From IMG/VR virus record IMGVR_UViG_3300048577_000484, positions 1 to 38,160 of that record: 38,160 bases of DNA. One strand, 5' to 3'. A model generated the notes under the pieces. That model made no database searches and was not told where the DNA came from. It saw only the letters and a program-made list of their open reading frames with translations. The stretch comes from a virus. Its lineage: Duplodnaviria > Caudoviricetes. The position numbers and the translations under genes were made by a program. This document shows positions 37,260 through 38,160 of the stretch, one piece after another; the first letter of the stretch is position 1; the number at the start of each line of letters is the position of its first letter.

Positions 37260-37439
37260 ATGGACAAGGAGATTCGGTGCGGCAAGTGTAATCGGCTTCT
37301 GGCCAAGGGCGAGGCCCTGGCGCTGACCATCAAATGCCCGCGTTGCGGGTGCATGAATCACGTGAGGGGCACGAACCCCAACAGCGAGGGCACACGAGCC
37401 CCAGGCAAGGAGCCCTCGCATGGACCCGACGATCTTTGA
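37260..37439 (+). CDS. com: Com family zinc-ribbon translational regulator
   Basis: EIRCGKCNRLLA..IKCPRCG..N; AAGGA RBS; overlaps the downstream MTase start. Confidence 0.9.
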   Translation: MDKEIRCGKCNRLLAKGEALALTIKCPRCGCMNHVRGTNPNSEGTRAPGKEPSHGPDDL

Positions 37440-38160
37440 CAACCGAGTGACTTTGTACAAGGGCGACGCGCTGGCCGTGCTCCGGGATCTCCCGGACGCG
37501 GTCGCCGACGCCGTGGTGACCGATCCGCCCTATTCGAGCGGCGGCACATCTTCCGCGGCCCGCAAGGCCGACCCGTCCGACAAGTACCAGGCCAGTTACA
37601 TCAAGCGGAGCTACCCGGCCATGTTGGGCGACAACAAGGACCAGCGTAGCTGCTTGGCCTGGGCGGCGCTCTGGCTCGCGGAGTGCTGGCGCATCGCGAA
37701 GAACGGCTCGCCGTTGCTCCTGTTCTCGGACTGGCGGCAGCTGCCGCTTATGACCGACGCGGTGCAGGCTGCCGGGTGGACCTGGCGCGGCGTGGTGGTG
37801 TGGGAGAAACCCTCGGCACGGCCCATGCGCGGACAGTTCCGAGCCCAGGCCGAGTATGTCGTGTTCGCCACTAAGGGGCGCTTTGCGCGCACCACCGACC
37901 GCTGTCTGCCGGGCGTATTCCGGCATTCTGTGGAAATGGCCCGCAGGGTTCACCTTACGGCAAAACCTGTGCCCCTCCTGCGGGAGCTGCTGGAGGTGAC
38001 CAAGCCCGGCGGCCTGGTGCTTGACCCCTTCATGGGAGGCGGGGCTACCGGCGTGGCCAGCCTGGAGACGGGCCGCCGCTTCGTCGGCGTCGAGTTGTCG
38101 CCCGAGTACTACAAAATCGCGTCCGTCAGGATTGGCGAGGAATCGCGCCCGCGCGCGTAG
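37420..38160 (+). CDS. DNA amino-methyltransferase (N6-A/N4-C, beta class) in the mom position
   Basis: TDPPY catalytic motif precedes H..AKP and VLDPFMGGGAT SAM-binding motif. Confidence 0.92.
   Translation: MDPTIFDNRVTLYKGDALAVLRDLPDAVADAVVTDPPYSSGGTSSAARKADPSDKYQASYIKRSYPAMLGDNKDQRSCLAWAALWLAECWRIAKNGSPLLLFSDWRQLPLMTDAVQAAGWTWRGVVVWEKPSARPMRGQFRAQAEYVVFATKGRFARTTDRCLPGVFRHSVEMARRVHLTAKPVPLLRELLEVTKPGGLVLDPFMGGGATGVASLETGRRFVGVELSPEYYKIASVRIGEESRPRA

Larger units (their letters stand above)
1..38160. mobile_element. Mu-like transposable prophage with contractile tail; termini outside the window
   Basis: DDE transposase and AAA+ ATPase, GemA, Mor/C-like gene, Mu-type head/tail gene order and com-MTase at the right end; nearly all genes on + with a divergent repressor at the left end. 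Confidence 0.97.

Noticed and set aside
1-38160. Mu ends (TG...CA, transposase sites), invertible G segment, DGR, CRISPR array
   Set aside because: The window is cut at the outermost stop codons; no invertase, reverse transcriptase or repeat-spacer array seen

Overview
The whole window is one essentially complete, GC-rich, transposable (Mu-like) myovirus prophage. It runs from the repressor stop codon (base 1) to the stop codon of a terminal DNA methyltransferase (base 38160), so the genome ends lie outside the window. Gene order is Mu-like: leftward repressor; early operon (Ner/Cro-like, DDE transposase, AAA+ MuB-like ATPase, DUF3164-like, HU, GemA, Mor/C-like activator); lysis; terminase/portal/MuF; protease/capsid; contractile tail and baseplate; short tail fibre module with no invertase; then com plus an amino-methyltransferase where Mu has mom. 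Signals missing from the ORF track include a complete type II hammerhead ribozyme after the HU gene (7258-7317) and a compact multi-stem RNA-like element after a MuF protein that carries a C-terminal BECR-like RNase domain (21159-21320). Also seen are a tRNA-sized cloverleaf upstream of com, a hairpin next to the methyltransferase start, a -1 frameshift in the tail chaperone, an embedded o-spanin and a duplicated late-promoter motif. A lower-GC two-gene insert encodes a GHKL/MORC-like ATPase fused to a PD-(D/E)xK nuclease plus a C5 methyltransferase (10392-13584), a candidate defence system. Family assignments come from motif recognition and synteny, not database searches.
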